Shown piece after piece: positions 1 to 19,770 of a stretch of 64,000 nucleotides of DNA; positions within the stretch are counted from its first letter, which is position 1; each line of letters starts with the position of its first letter. Under the pieces are notes generated by a model. The model searched no databases. It worked only from the letters and a program-made list of their open reading frames with translations, and was not told where the DNA came from. A program made the position numbers and the translations under genes. This stretch comes from the human T2T-CHM13v2.0 reference genome, Homo sapiens. The stretch lies in assembly GCF_009914755.1 (NCBI RefSeq), contig NC_060934.1. One strand, given 5' to 3'.

Positions 1-177
1 ATGACCTAGACTTAAGAATTCTGGGAATTACTTTTGCCGTATTCTGCTGGCCAAGCAAGTCAAGCTAGCCCAGATTCAGGCAGAGGAGCATACACTCCAT
101 CTCAGTGTGAGGAGCAGCATGCATGTGCAGAGAGGGAAGGAACTGATGGTGGCCATTTTTGGAAATTACCTATCACA
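1..177. mobile_element. MLT1-type (MaLR) LTR fragment
   Basis: GCCCAGATTCA...GATGGTGGCCATTTTTGG...TCACA end typical of old MLT1 LTRs. Confidence 0.5.
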
Positions 178-364
178 TGTGAAACAGAAGAGGATTTCAA
201 TGCTGAAAGGAACCTGAAAGATCATCTTATACGTTTTCTCATTTTAATGGAGAAAAATCCAATTACTAAAAGTATGAATGCTATTTCATAAATGCTATTC
301 AAGTATGAATAGTATTCATATTTCTAGTATGGGAAATAATCATCTCTCCAGTATATGCATGTTC

Positions 365-1525
365 TTCGCCTGTTTTAAAATTGTATTATTTGGTGTTGTT
401 TTGCAATTGAGTTGTAGGAACTCTTTGTGTATTTAGAGTACTAACTCCTTATGAGATAATGTTTTGCAAATATTTTTTCCCACTCCATAAGTTGGTTTCT
501 GCTCTGTTGATTATTTCCTTGGCTGTGCAGAAATATTTTAGTTTGGTATAGTCCCACTTACCTATTTTCACTTTTGCTACTTGTGTTTTTATGTTATATC
601 CATGAAATCATTGCAACTCAATAGCAAAACCAAATGAAACAAACAAAAACAATTAAAAACTGGGAAAAGGGCTTGAATTTACATTTGTTCAAAGAAGAGA
701 TACAAATGGCAACAGGTATATATAAATATTATCAATATCACTAATTATCAGAGAAATGCAAATTAAAACTGCAAGGAGATATCACTTCACATCTATTAGG
801 ATAGCTAACATAAAAAATACACATATATTAATTTAAATATATATTTAAAACAAGTGTTAGCAAGGATGTGGAAAAATTGGAACACATACACTGTTGGTAG
901 GAATGTAAAATCGTGCAACTGCAATAAAAAATAGTATAGAGTTTCCTCAAAAAAGTAAAAATAGAACTACCATATGATTTGCCCATCCCATCTTTAGGTA
1001 TATATTCAATAGAATTGAAATCCAGATCTGGAAGATATATATGTACTCCCATGCAACACTATTCACAATAGCTAAGTTCCGGAAACAACCTAAATGTTCA
1101 TTGACAGATGAATGGTGAAAGAAAATGTGATATGTACATATGATGGAATATTATTCAGACTTACAAAAAGAAGGAAGTACTGCCATATGCGATAATATGG
1201 ATGAACCTGGAAGACGTTATGCTAAGTGAAACAAGCCAGTCACACAAATGCAGAGTAATTCCACTTATATGAAGTATCTAAAATAATTAGACACATAGAA
1301 ATAGAGAGTAGAATGGTGGTTGCCAGAGGGTAGGGGAAGGAGGGAAATGAGGAATTGCTGTTTAACAGGTATAAGGTTTTAGTTTGCAAGATAAATTCTA
1401 GCGATATGTTGTATAGTAATGTGCCAATAGTTAATAATACTGTATTGTGCACTTAAAAATCTGTTCAGACGGTAGGTCTCATGTTAAGTGTTCTTACCAC
1501 AATAAAAAAATAATAAAATAAAATA
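365..1525. mobile_element. L1MA-type 3' fragments (about 365-600 minus, 610-1525 plus with A-rich tail)
   Basis: L1 ORF2 C-terminal and 3'UTR motifs (ATGCAAATTAAAAC, GGAAACAACCTAAATG, AAGTGTTCTTACCACAATAAAAAA). Confidence 0.75.
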
Positions 1526-1550
1526 AGAGCAAACATTTCTACATATAACG

Positions 1551-1973
1551 TGTATTAGTTCATTCTCACACTGCTATAAAGAAATATATGAGACTGGGTA
1601 ATTTATAAAGAAAAGAGGTTTAAGTAGCCCTTGGTTCTACACAGGCTGTACAGGAAGTCTGCTTCTGGGGATGCCTGTGGGGATGCCTTGAGAAGTTTTT
1701 GCTCATGGTGGAAGGCAAAGGGGGAGCCAGCATCTTACATGGCAGGATCAGGAGGAACAGAGGGAACAGGGAGGTTCTACACGCTTTTAAACAACCAGAT
1801 CTTGTGAGAACTCTCTCTCTATTACAATGACAGTACCAAGGGGGATGGTGTTGAGAAACCATGAGAAGCCACCCCCATGATCAAATTACCTTCCATTAGG
1901 CCCCACTTCCAACATTGGGGATTACAATTGGATACGAGATCTGGGGGTGGGAACACAGATCCAAACCATATCA
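1551..1973. mobile_element. MSTA-type MaLR solo LTR
   Basis: TGTATTAGTTCATTCTCACACTGCTATAAAG...ATCCAAACCATATCA termini. Confidence 0.85.
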
Positions 1974-2030
1974 ATACATAACAGGAAAAATGAAAGAATA
2001 ACAACTTTAAAAATAATAATTAAAAAAATA

Positions 2031-2400
<370 letters not shown>

Positions 2401-2745
2401 TCATTTGCCCCAAATAAAATATATACATTTATCTCTCTTCCCTTCATGAACTACATGCTTGACAATGTGGTAGGATTGTTCTCAATAAGTGCAATAGTTT
2501 GTATACAACTTAGCAAAGGACCATGTATAAATTACACAAACAAGCATTTCCTAAAATCAATAAAGTATATTACAGAAAATAAATTTAGCTGTCCTGTATC
2601 TCATTTTAGGGAGTAAGAAAAAAGGTGAGGTTTTCTATTTTGGCTGTACATCTTATAACATGTATATAGTTTTGACTTGATTAAACTATTGTTCTGTGCT
2701 GTGAAATCAACTTAGGTATAATTTTAAAAAATAGATTCCCAGAGT

Positions 2746-5700
2746 GTCAGGGAAAATGGCAGAATAGGAGAAAGGACAAATTTGCAGCTCCCACTCAGAC
2801 CAACAGAGCAGCGTGGAGATCACATCGAGAATTTTTGTTCCAAGAACTACCACAGGAACATACCAGGAAAGCTGAGAGAATCCACATACCCTTTGAAGGA
2901 GGTGGATGGCCGCAACAGGCTCCATGGGACAGCTGAGGAACCGTGCGTCAGCTTGCTCTCTCAGCCGGAAGGCTGGTAGCCTGGGGTAAATTCTCAGCTC
3001 TGCACCGGCTGCCTGGAAATAAATTCAGTGCCGTTAGGGGGCACAGTGGGAGTGAGACCCGTCTTTCAGGCTGTGGGCTACATGGGAGCTGGGTAAGGCC
3101 TATGGCTACCAGCTTTCTCCCACTTCCCTGGCAACCTGTGTGAGGTACCAGAGGCAGCCATAATGCCCCTGGGAACATAACTCCATTGGCCTGGGAACTA
3201 CACTCCCATCCTCCACAGAAGCTGCAGCAAGCCCTGCCCAAGGAGAGTCTGAGCTCAGACACGCCTAAGCCTGCCCCCATTTGATGGTCTTTCTCTACCC
3301 ACTCTGGTAGCCAAAGACAAAAGACATAATTTCTTGGAAGCACTATCCCCTGCAACCCCTTACCCCCACCCCCACCCCCCACCGCCTGATCTTCCCTCTA
3401 CTACTGCAACTGATGCACTCTTGAAAGCATCGCCTTCTGACTGGAGGCTAACCAACACTAAACCGGTGCACTTAACAAATATAAAACTGAGAACTCTCGC
3501 AGAGTCCACTTCACTCCCCTACTACCACCGGAGTAGGTGCTGGTATCCACAGTTGAGAGAACTGAAGATGGTTCACATCACAAGACTCTTTGCAGACACT
3601 CACCAGTACCAGCCCAGAGCCGGGTAGCTCTGCTGGGTGGCTAGTTCCAGAAGAGAAATGACAACCACTGCAGTTCAGCCGTCAGGAAGTCCCATCTTTA
3701 CGGGAAGGGGAGAGCACTGCATCAAGGGAGCCCCCCACAGGACATAAAAAACTGAACAGCAGCCCTTGAGTTCCAGATCTTCCCTCTGACATAGTCTACC
3801 CAAATGAGAAGGAACCAGAAAAACAATTCTGGTAACATGACAAAACAAGATTGTTTAAAACCCCTAAAAAATCACACTAGCTCACCAGCAATAGATCCAA
3901 ACCAAGATGAAATCTCTGAATTGCCAGAAAAAGAATTCAGAAGGTCGACTATTGAGCCATTTGAGGAGGCACCAGAGAAAGGTAAAGTCCAAATTAAAGA
4001 AAAAAAAAAAAAAAAAGATAAAGGATATAAAAGGAAAAATCTCCAGTGAAGTAAATAGCATTTACTTCTATTCACAACTTCTGGAAATGAAGGACACACT
4101 TAGAGAATCACAAAATGCACTGGAAAGACTCTGCAATAGAAATGAACAAATAGAAGGAAGAACTTAACCCAATCTGACAAAGACAAAGAGAAAAGAATTT
4201 AAAAAAATGAAAAAAGCATCCAAGAAGTTTGGGATTACGTTAAATGATCAAACTTAAACAGTAATTGGTGTTCCCAAAGAAAAAGAGAAATCTAAAAGTT
4301 TGGAAAACATATTTGAAGGAATAGTTGACCAAGATGAGAATAAAATCAAGAACTCTACCCCTTTTACAGGAGCTGAAAAAAAATACTTAGGAATATACTT
4401 AACCAAGGAGGTCAAAGACCTCTACAAAACTACAAAACACTGCTGAAAGAAATCATAGATGACACAAACAAATGGAAACACATCCCATGCTCATGGATGG
4501 GTAGAATCATTATGGTGAAAATGACCATACTGCCAAAAGCAATCTACAAATTCAATGCAATTCTCATCAAAATACCACCGTCATTCCTCACAGAACTTGT
4601 AAAAACAATCCTAAAATTCATATGGAACCAAAAAAGAGCCAGCATAGCCAAAGCAAGACTAAGCACAAAGAAAAAATCTGGAGGCACTACATTACCCTAC
4701 TTCGAATTATACTATAAGGTCATAGTCAGCAAAACAGCATGGCACTGGTATAAAAATAAGCACATAGACCAATGGAACAGAATAGTGAACCCAGAAATAA
4801 ACCCAAATACTTACAGCCAACTGATCTTTGACAAGGCAAACAAAAACATAAAGTGGGAAAAGGATACCTTTCAACAAATGGTGCTGGGATAATTGGCTAG
4901 CCTCATGTAGGAGAATGAAACTGGATCCTCATCTCTCACCTTATACAAAAATCAACTCAAGATGGATCAAGGACTTAAATCTAAGACCTGAAACCATAAA
5001 AATTCTGGAAGATAACATCGGAAAAACCTTTCTAGACATTGGCTTAGGCAAAGACTTCGTGACCAAGAACCCAAAACCAAATGCAACAAAAACAAAAATA
5101 AATAGATGGGACTTAACTAAACTAAAAAGTTTCTGCACAGTAATAGAAATAATCAGCAGAATAAACAGACAGCACACAGAATGGAAGAAAATCTGCACAA
5201 TCTATACATCTGACAAAGCACTAATATCCAGAATCTACAACAAACTCAAACAAATCAACAAGAAACAACAACAGTCCCCTCAAAAAAGTGGGCTTAGACA
5301 TGAATAGACAGTTCTCAAAAGAAGATATACAAATGGTTAATGAACATATGAAAAAAATGCCCAGCATCACTAATTATCAGGGAAATGCAAATCAAAACCA
5401 CATCTGATACTACCTTACTCCTGCAAGAATGGCCATGATAAAAAAAAATAATAGTAATAGATGTTGGAGTGGATGTGGTAAAAAGAGAATATTTTTACGC
5501 TGTTGGTTGGAATGTAAACTAGTCCAACCACTATGGAAGACAGTGAGAGATTTCTTAAAGAACTATAAGTAAATCTACGATTTGATCCAGCAATCTCACT
5601 ATGGGGTATCTACCCAGAGGAGAAGAAGTCATTATACAAAAAGGATACTTGCACATGCATGTTCGTAGCAGCACTATTTGTAATTGCAAAAATATGGAAC

Positions 5701-6220
5701 CATCTGAAATAGCCATCAATCAACAAGTGGATAAAGAAAATTATATATATATAAATTATACATAATTATATTTATATTTTATATGTCTAAATCATACATA
5801 AATTATATATAATTATATTTTATATGTATAAATCATATATATATAAATACACACACACACCATGGAATACTACTTAACCATAAAAAAGAATAAAATAATG
5901 GCATTTGCAGGAACCTGGATGGAATGGCAGACCATTATTCTAAGTGAAGTAACTCAGGAACGGAAAATCAAACATCATATGTTCTCACTCATAAATGGGA
6001 GCTAAGCTATGAGAACCCAAAGGCATAAGAATGATACAGTGGACTTTGGGGACTAGGGGAGAAGGGTAGGATGGGGGTGAGAGATAAAAGACTACACATT
6101 GAATATAGTGTACACTTCTCGGGTGATGTGTGCACCAAAATCTCAGAAATCACCACTAACGAACTTATTCGGGTAACCAAACACCACCTGTTCCCCAAAA
6201 ACCTATTGAAATAAAAAAAA
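2746..6220 (+). mobile_element. L1PB-type LINE-1 with intact 5' end and a large internal deletion
   Basis: 5'UTR GGGAAAATGGCAGAATAGG; ORF1 remnants 3804-4330; ORF2 C-terminal ORFs 4497-5307; 3' end CCAAAAACCTATTGAAATAAAA; degenerate TSD AAAAATAGATTCCCAGAGT / AAAAATAGTTTCCCACAGT. Confidence 0.9.
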
Positions 6221-6457
6221 TAGTTTCCCACAGTTGTTTTGTAAATTTGACTATGAAACAATGAATATATGTAATTACAAAATAAGATTACATCAAAATG
6301 AATATTAAAAATTTCCTAAAAATAGCAAAATGAAACAAAAAAATATAGCTCCGTATTGAGTTGTTGGATTAACCACATACACGTAAACAGGAATTCTTTC
6401 AGGTTACTTTAAAGCAGGGTAATTTGACAAGTTGTATACTTTAGTGAAATATATCTT

Positions 6458-6688
6458 TTTTTTTTTTTTTTTTTTTTGAGACGAAGTCTTGCTCTGTTGC
6501 CCAGGCTGGAGTGCAGTGGCACGATCTCTGCTCACTGCAAGCTCCACCTGGCTAATTTTTTGTATTTTTAGTAGAGGTGGGGTTTCACCTCATTAGCCAG
6601 GATGGTCTCGATCTCCTGACCTCGTGATCCGCCGGCCTCAGCCTCCCAAAGTGCTGGGATTACAGGCATGAGCCACCGGGCCTGGCCT
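6458..6688 (-). mobile_element. AluY/Sc-like element with internal deletion
   Basis: Poly-T plus Alu; TSD TGAAATATATCTT on both sides; jumps from CAAGCTCCACC to TGGCTAATTTT. Confidence 0.9.
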
Positions 6689-6699
6689 GAAATATATCT

Positions 6700-8370
6700 T
6701 AAGATCAAATAACTGCAAACCAACACTCCCCCAAAAACCTAAGAAATGTTTTCACTGGTTATATCATTAGTAATAATTTTGTATTGTTATTTTGAAACTG
6801 GTTTTCAGTGTAGCAAGACAAAACTATAAGTAATGCTATTATCATTACATTAGGAATTAAGATTTTCATAATAAAAAGGGATATAACCATAAAATCAGGG
6901 AAGTTAACCTGAAATTTTGTATTTGTAAATTTGAACTTGAAATTATTGGTGTAAACTCATGATATATATGTTAAAAATATGCATTTCTTAGCTCTATTCA
7001 CTAAGACATCCTGGACACAATGACCAATGATTATTCAGTAGCAATGAATAACATTAATGCACAGATGATTCTGGTCTTTCCATACCATTTCCCACTAAAT
7101 CAAGACAAAGGTTATTGGAAAATGATTGAATCCAGTACTGGAAGAGGAAATGTACAAGATAAACTGGGAATATTTTGTGATAACAGAAAGCTACTAAAGA
7201 TTACTGGGGTCATGGTCATGTGTAAAGAAATCAGGAGACAGCATGAAATGCATCCCAATAGTGAAAGATGAGACAAACTGAGAATTGGCAAGAATAACAA
7301 CTGTGATAAATTAAAACTATCAAGTATTTTTAAAATCCCATGAGTTCATAATTACACCTCAAAAGCAAACAAATGAAGTCTTTAAGGAAACTTTGTAACA
7401 TACTTTGAGAACCCAATCAAACTGGTTAAAAAAAGGTATGGAAGTTAAAATTGTATCCTATATTTTCTGTATGAATTTTAGCTCAAATACAATAAAATTG
7501 TAGGTAAGAAAAATTTTTCTCTTCATACAATTATCTAAGTTAATAAAAGAAGAAAGGATGATAGAATTAGCATATCACTATTTTGAAAACCCTTAATAAA
7601 TTACTAGGCAAAGGCAGTAGTCATCAATGGCTGATAACAATCATAAAAAGATATAAAACTAGACACTGTTCTCCTCCCAGTAAAAGTACACAAAAACTTA
7701 GGATGTAATTCTGCCAGGAAATTAAACTTGAACCGTATCAATCCTCTAGGCTTGATAACAGTTAACTGAAAATAAAGAGAGGAAAATGCAAAATGACTTT
7801 ACAGAGTTGCAATCTGCAAAAATCCAGACTGTAAGAAACTACAGGAATGCTTATCAAACTTTAACATGAACATAAATTGCCCAAGGATCTTGTAAAAATA
7901 GAGATTCTGATTTAGTAATGCAGGGTGGTGCTTGAAATTCTATATATTTGTAACAATCTCTCAGTAGTTGTCGATACTGCTGGTCCATGAACCACACTTT
8001 TGAGTAGCAAGCCTCAACGAAGTAAAATTAAGGCAAGGAAAACAAAGAGAAGTGTTCTATAAAGTAAAAGTGACTCTAGAGACATAATAGTCAAGTGTAA
8101 TGTGTGTACATTTTTTTCCTAGATTCATTGAACTAAGCGTGAAAAATTATGAGAAAGTGATAACTTGATATTTGAAAGTATTCTTATCGTTTTGAGATAC
8201 ACACACAATTTATGGCAGGATTGAATATGATGGTTAGAACTGGGTTCAAAATCATCCAGTGTATATTGGGGGACAGGGGAGAGAAAATATTGGAGAAGTG
8301 ACAGGGGTTATTGAGCTCATCATGTTATTTTTCTCTACTTTTTATGTTTCAAACTTTCCAAAAGAAAAAC
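6700..8370 (+). mobile_element. Old L1M (L1MC-like) 3' fragments, interrupted by MER5-type DNA transposon at ~7841-8010
   Basis: AT-rich degenerate L1 3' motifs; MER5 signature GATTCTGATTTAGTA...CTGCTGGTCCATGAACCACACTTTTGAGTAGCAAG. Confidence 0.55.
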
Positions 8371-8994
8371 TGTTTCAACTGGCTCCGCAAAATCATTTGG
8401 CATATTTTAGTAAGATTTCAGTTGACTTTTTACGTTTCTCCTTACAGTCTTTACCAATTTGCTATGTGTATGCGAAGAGATTTTCTTGGAAGGTCTGTAG
8501 CTTTCATTATGTTTTCAAAGATGATTGAATAAACAGGAATACAACTAATAATACTTACATTCAGGAAATGACCTCCTTGGAAAACCAACAAATTGAATAA
8601 AATCGTAAATATGGTAATTTTATTAAAACACGTTTCTTGCTGCCCAGTGAACATCTTACATAGATCGCTTAGAGTGTAATATCTTAATAGAAGAGCACCC
8701 TCTGCTGTCTTGACAAGAAATATCACCACAAATGGGGAGACAATTGCATTTTCGATTTTTCCAGTAATCAGTTATGGCAAATTAAAATCAAGGTATGACA
8801 GCATAGTCAACTTTTCATTTAAACCCAGTATCATGGGGATTATGGAGATAAAATATACATGGTCTTTGTGCTTACATCTTATTTTTCTCTTCCGATTTTT
8901 CTCTCCCCTGAGGCCTTTGTGTGGAATCAATACAGTTCCTATGATTCTATAACCTGATTAAAAACACTCTCTGAGACTCTCAAAAATAATTACT

Positions 8995-9192
8995 CAACCT
9001 GGGCAACATAAGGAGACCCTGTCTCTGCAAATAATTAAAAAGTTAGCCAGGCGTGGTGGCTTGCATCTGTGGTCCCAGCTACTCTGAGGTGGGAGGATCA
9101 CTTGAGGTTGGGAGGTCGAGGCTGCAGGGAGCCATGATCATGACACGACACTTCAGCCTGGGCAACAGAACGAGGCTCTGTATTAAAAAACA
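8995..9192 (+). mobile_element. Truncated AluJ fragment
   Basis: CCTGGGCAACATAAGGAGACCCTGTCTCT...GGTCCCAGCTACT...AGCCTGGGCAACAG plus A tail. Confidence 0.85.
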
Positions 9193-9350
9193 AATTACTT
9201 CCCTCAAAAAAAATTTTATATGGCAAGCATAATTTTATTTTATTTTATTTTTATTTTTGAGAGTCATTTTATTTTATTGTAGGTGTTGAGAGCTTGGGAT
9301 ATTTTGAAAGAAATAGTGCATTTAAAATGTAGACATTCATTCAATGAGTA

Positions 9351-15524
<6,174 letters not shown>

Positions 15525-15899
15525 ATGGCAAGCATAATTTTAAAAAAGATTACATGATAGACCCCTGAATTTTAGTCCTATTTCTTTTTTCTAGTTTTTT
15601 CTAATTCACCCCTACAATTTTAATAAATATTTATTAATGTCTGCTGTCTACTTGAGCCTCTAAAGAATAGACATAATCTGAAGGGACAGGACTTAGATAT
15701 TTTCCAACAATTTAGTAGTGATAAAAACTATTTTTCTAAAATGATCATTTTGGAGAATCCAATATATAAACTAGATTAAGGTTGCTCTAGTTCATGAGGT
15801 GGAAAACCACAGTCCACACAGCAAATCCAGTCCACCACCAGTTTTGGTAAAAAGAAAAAGTTTATTTGTACACAACCACTACGGTTCATTGACAACTGA

Positions 15900-17335
15900 A
15901 ACTATAAGATAAATGAAATGATGGTTTTTAAGACATTGAACATTAGGCAAAAGAGAATGGAGAGACTAGAAACAAACTAAGGGAGCCCTAAGACACCCCC
16001 AGCTCACTTCCCTGAGAGAGTTTTCAGGTTAAAGTTTAGGGGCAGAAAATGAGGTGAAGTGCATTGGATGCCCTGAGTTGAGGGAATAGAGCTGAGAGAT
16101 CCTGGAGACATGGACATTTAGAGTTTATAGGAAAGAGTGCCAAATCAGAGAGCACTACACAGAGAGAGGATCCGAGAGATCTTTGAGTATTCAAAACTCT
16201 TCGAGCAGGTTTGTGAAAATTTTGTCCAAAGTAAGAACAAAAAAAGTCTGAAAAGATTAGAGTGAATAGTGTCCAGCAATCACACAAGGCTGAGAACCGT
16301 GCCTTTACCAACGAACCAGCTAGAAAAACTCTTAATTCATGGAGCTTTGGGGAAACTGCTCAATAGAGGGGAAGCATGAGCTCTAGACAGAGCAGTGCTC
16401 TGGATCTCCACATAAAAGCAAGACCTGAGAAAAAACCAACTACTTCCAAGTAACTTAACTGGGTGCCAGGATGATATTTTTCACATTTAAGCAAGTCACT
16501 TGTAGAAAACCCACAAAGAGGTCATGGGAGAAATTAGAAATTATTTTTATCTGAGTCATAATGAAAACTAAATGTTTAAATTTTGGTGATAGGCATAGCT
16601 AAAGCAGTTCTTATAAGAAAATTTATAGCTTTAAATGTTTATATTAGAGTGGAATAAAGACATGAAATAAATTATCTAATTATTCCTTTTATAAAACTAG
16701 AAAAATATGCTTCAATTAAAATAAGTAGAAGAAAGGAAATAAAGATCAGAGCAAAATTAATGGTATACAAAGCTGAAAAAAATGAGAAAATAAAGCCAAA
16801 AGTTGTTTTTGTGAACATTAATACAATTTTTAAATATCTAGCAAGACACATCAAGAAAACATGAAAAAATGCAAATTAGCAATATCAAGAATTAAAAGGG
16901 ACTATCACAACTGATCCTAATAGATATCAAAAACATAAAAAAAGATTGTGAACAACTTTCTCAACAAATTTGTGAAGTTAAATTCCTTAAAAATTAAAAT
17001 ATAATGAATATGATACAAGATTGAGTAGACAATTCTCGAATAGACAAGATCGAATAGACAATCGAATAACCCTCTACCTACCAAAGAAAATTAATTTGTT
17101 ATCAAAACTTGCCCCGCAAAGAAAATTCTAGGCTCAGATGGGGTTTCACTGGTGAATTCTATTAAATATGTAGAAAGAAAGAAAGTAAATCCTATGTAAA
17201 CTCTTTCAGGAAGAAGGAATAAGGAACACTTTCTAATTCATTAATGAAGGCAGTATAATCCTGACATTAAAATCTGAAAATGATACTCCAAGAAAATACC
17301 GTAATAAACATGTTGGTAAAAATTCTTAACAAGTC
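15900..17335 (+). mobile_element. Old L1M fragments (5'/ORF1-like and ORF2-like)
   Basis: Degenerate ORF2 motifs (GCTAAAGCAGTTCTTATAAGAAAATTTATAGC, GGCTCAGATGGGGTTTCACTGGTGAATTCTA). Confidence 0.7.
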
Positions 17336-17406
17336 TAGACAAAATCTAGACTACTCAGGCTCTCTGCACACAACAAAAACGGACAACAGGCCCCGCTCCT
17401 AGCTGG

Positions 17407-18825
17407 CATGAGCAAGTGCTGCTTCTCTACTAAATACAGATCTAGCCCTCTCTGTTCCTCCCCAGTTCTAGAAAAAGGTAATGACATCCAATCCTATTAC
17501 CCCTGCTTCCTGACAGCACCTGGACCAGATCAGACTCATATATTCGTGAGTCTCCCCAACCTGAAAATCACAAAGCACAAGTACAAATTCCATGCACATT
17601 TCCTCCTGACAAACTGACTGAGCGATCCTATGGTTCCTCCAGTAGTACAATCTTCCTTGATACAAGTACCAGGAAAATAAACTTTGCCTCATGACAGTTG
17701 TGTTCCTGGTGGTTTTTGACTAAAGATCTTTGATTGATGGTTTCATGTTCTCTGTCTTTATCTTCCTCACAACATTTCTGGGGAAGTAGCGTGGGACTAC
17801 AAAACTTATTTGATGCCAGTATAAGTGGTTTGTTCAAATTCACATAGATACCAAATTCACAGTTAAGAGTCAAAGTCTCTCAATCTCCAGCTGTTTCTTC
17901 AAGATGGAGCAGTCCACAAAGGCTGCATCCCAGAGTAAGAAGAAATAGAGATAATTGCAACTGAGGCCAGCGGACTCAGAATGGAGTGGAGACCATGAAA
18001 ATCCTGCAGGAAAGAGTTGTGCGAGGGGGCAGAAACAGGCCAGGCGGTGAAAAACGGGCCACAAGTGGGGCAGGCACTCATCTTATAGGTCAGAGAGGCA
18101 ACTGATTCTGCAGGGAGGTGGATGAGTTGAATGAGGTGGATGTCTGGGAGGAAGAAGCAGTGGACAAGGCTCAAGGTCCTAGAAACTCTGACAATGACTA
18201 TAGGGGTGGTGTGAAGGTGCTCAGAGATGCTAAATGACAACCATTTAGCAGAGTTTGTTGTACCTGTTAGGAGCCTAGCATTGTGACTACGAGCATTTAG
18301 ATGACCATTGCTCAGCATTTTAATAATTACAGAACCAGAAGTCAATATTTTCTGGAGAGAAATTGGTACTTGCCTCTTGAAATGCAAAGTTCACATTTCC
18401 CTGGTGGAGGCTCTTGGGTCAGAGGTGTTAACAGGATGGAGAAGAGTTTTGTGGTCTCAGGCTTGTGGGGGGGTTGTGGGCTGCCCTGGCCTGAGGACAG
18501 CAGGAGGTCCAGGTCAGTATATGCTGAATGGGTCTAGGCAGGATGGAAGGATGGGGTGGTCTTGAGAAAGTTCATTTTACCCTTGGCCATCAGAGAGCAG
18601 GGCTCCTCTCCTTACCCCTGGCTGGTGGGGAGCATTCTCCAGATTTTCAAGAGTCCCCACAGAATGGCTCTGGGGCTCAGAAGCCTGGGAGGCATCCCCA
18701 TCTTCCAGACAGAGTTGCAAATGCTGAGCCAGTCATGGCTTCTCAATTGGACCAGAATTCCTTCCATGTGTATGTTATTCACATCCCCATGTCATGAATA
18801 AGGAAACTGAGGGTCAGCCAAATGA
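17407..18825 (+). repeat. Inverted segmental duplication, arm A
   Basis: Reverse complement of 25190-26611; the ORF track shows mirrored translations (18301+ MTIAQHFNNYRTRSQYFLERNWY vs 25711- MTIAQHFNNYSTRSQHFLERNWY; 17408+ MSKCCFSTKY vs 26611- MSNICFSTNY). Confidence 0.95.
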
Positions 18826-19720
18826 GGTCACTTGTGAAGTGAGCACTTAGTAAAGAGCAGAAGCAGAGCCTCTCGTTAGGCAGGTGAGGTCACTTGTGAA
18901 AGTCACTGAGCTCAGGAGAGAGTAGACCCTTGCCTGGCTCCTATGTCTGCCAAGCAGATGCTGATCTTGTGTTTCCCATTGCCTCTCTGGTTTGGAGCCT
19001 TGAATCACCACCTTTGTCTCAAATTTAATCACCCCGTTTTCCTTCCCTCAGCAGGATTCCTTCAGCATTAAGCAAAACTAAGATCTCTGGGGCCAGCATG
19101 GAACCCCAAAGTCAGACTAGAGTACTCACATCCCGAACTTACAGCATGGGATCCAAGACACCTCTTTGCCCAGAGGACAGGAATGGAATCATGTTTTTCA
19201 TCAATGACCAGTAAATAGCCCAAAGACTCAGCAACATGGGCAGAGCTGGAGCCTGGAGCCCACAGCCCAGTGCCCAAAGCCTGAATGAGGAAACTGCAAG
19301 GAGAAGACAAGATTTAGGGGCTCAGTTAAGCTTGTAGCACTACAGCCCTGCAGATCACCAAAGTAAGGCCCAGAAATATAAGGTCAGTTCTTGGAACCCA
19401 AATGCCAGATGCCAAGCGAGGGCCCAGAGCCAGAGGCCCAGGCCTCAAGCAGAGCCCATGACCCCTAGTTCAGGATCCAACACACAGAGCCTGGAGCTTC
19501 CTCTTCTTCGGAAAACTGAGATCACTGCCCAAGCACAGTACAGGGTCAATCCCACCCACTGGAACCAAGACCCAGGGCCTAGACTGCAGAGTCCAGGGTC
19601 AGAAGTTCAGTGACCAGAGCAGAGGGAGCAGATTTAGAATCCTAATTCTCTTTTCTGAGCTCAAATACCCAATCACTAAGGGTGTGACCACTGCCCAGAG
19701 CCTGCAGCTGAGACCCCAGG

Positions 19721-19770
19721 ACCCTGAGATCCAGAGACCAGAACCCTGAGATCCAGAGACCAGAACCCTG
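19721..19770 (+). repeat. 22-bp tandem repeat, about 2.3 copies
   Basis: ACCCTGAGATCCAGAGACCAGA twice, then ACCCTG. Confidence 0.9.

Noticed and set aside
17870-18420. Possible coding remnant inside the inverted arms (acidic stretch EVDELNEVDVWEEE)
   Set aside because: All plus-strand frames have several stops, and I could not match it to any protein family.
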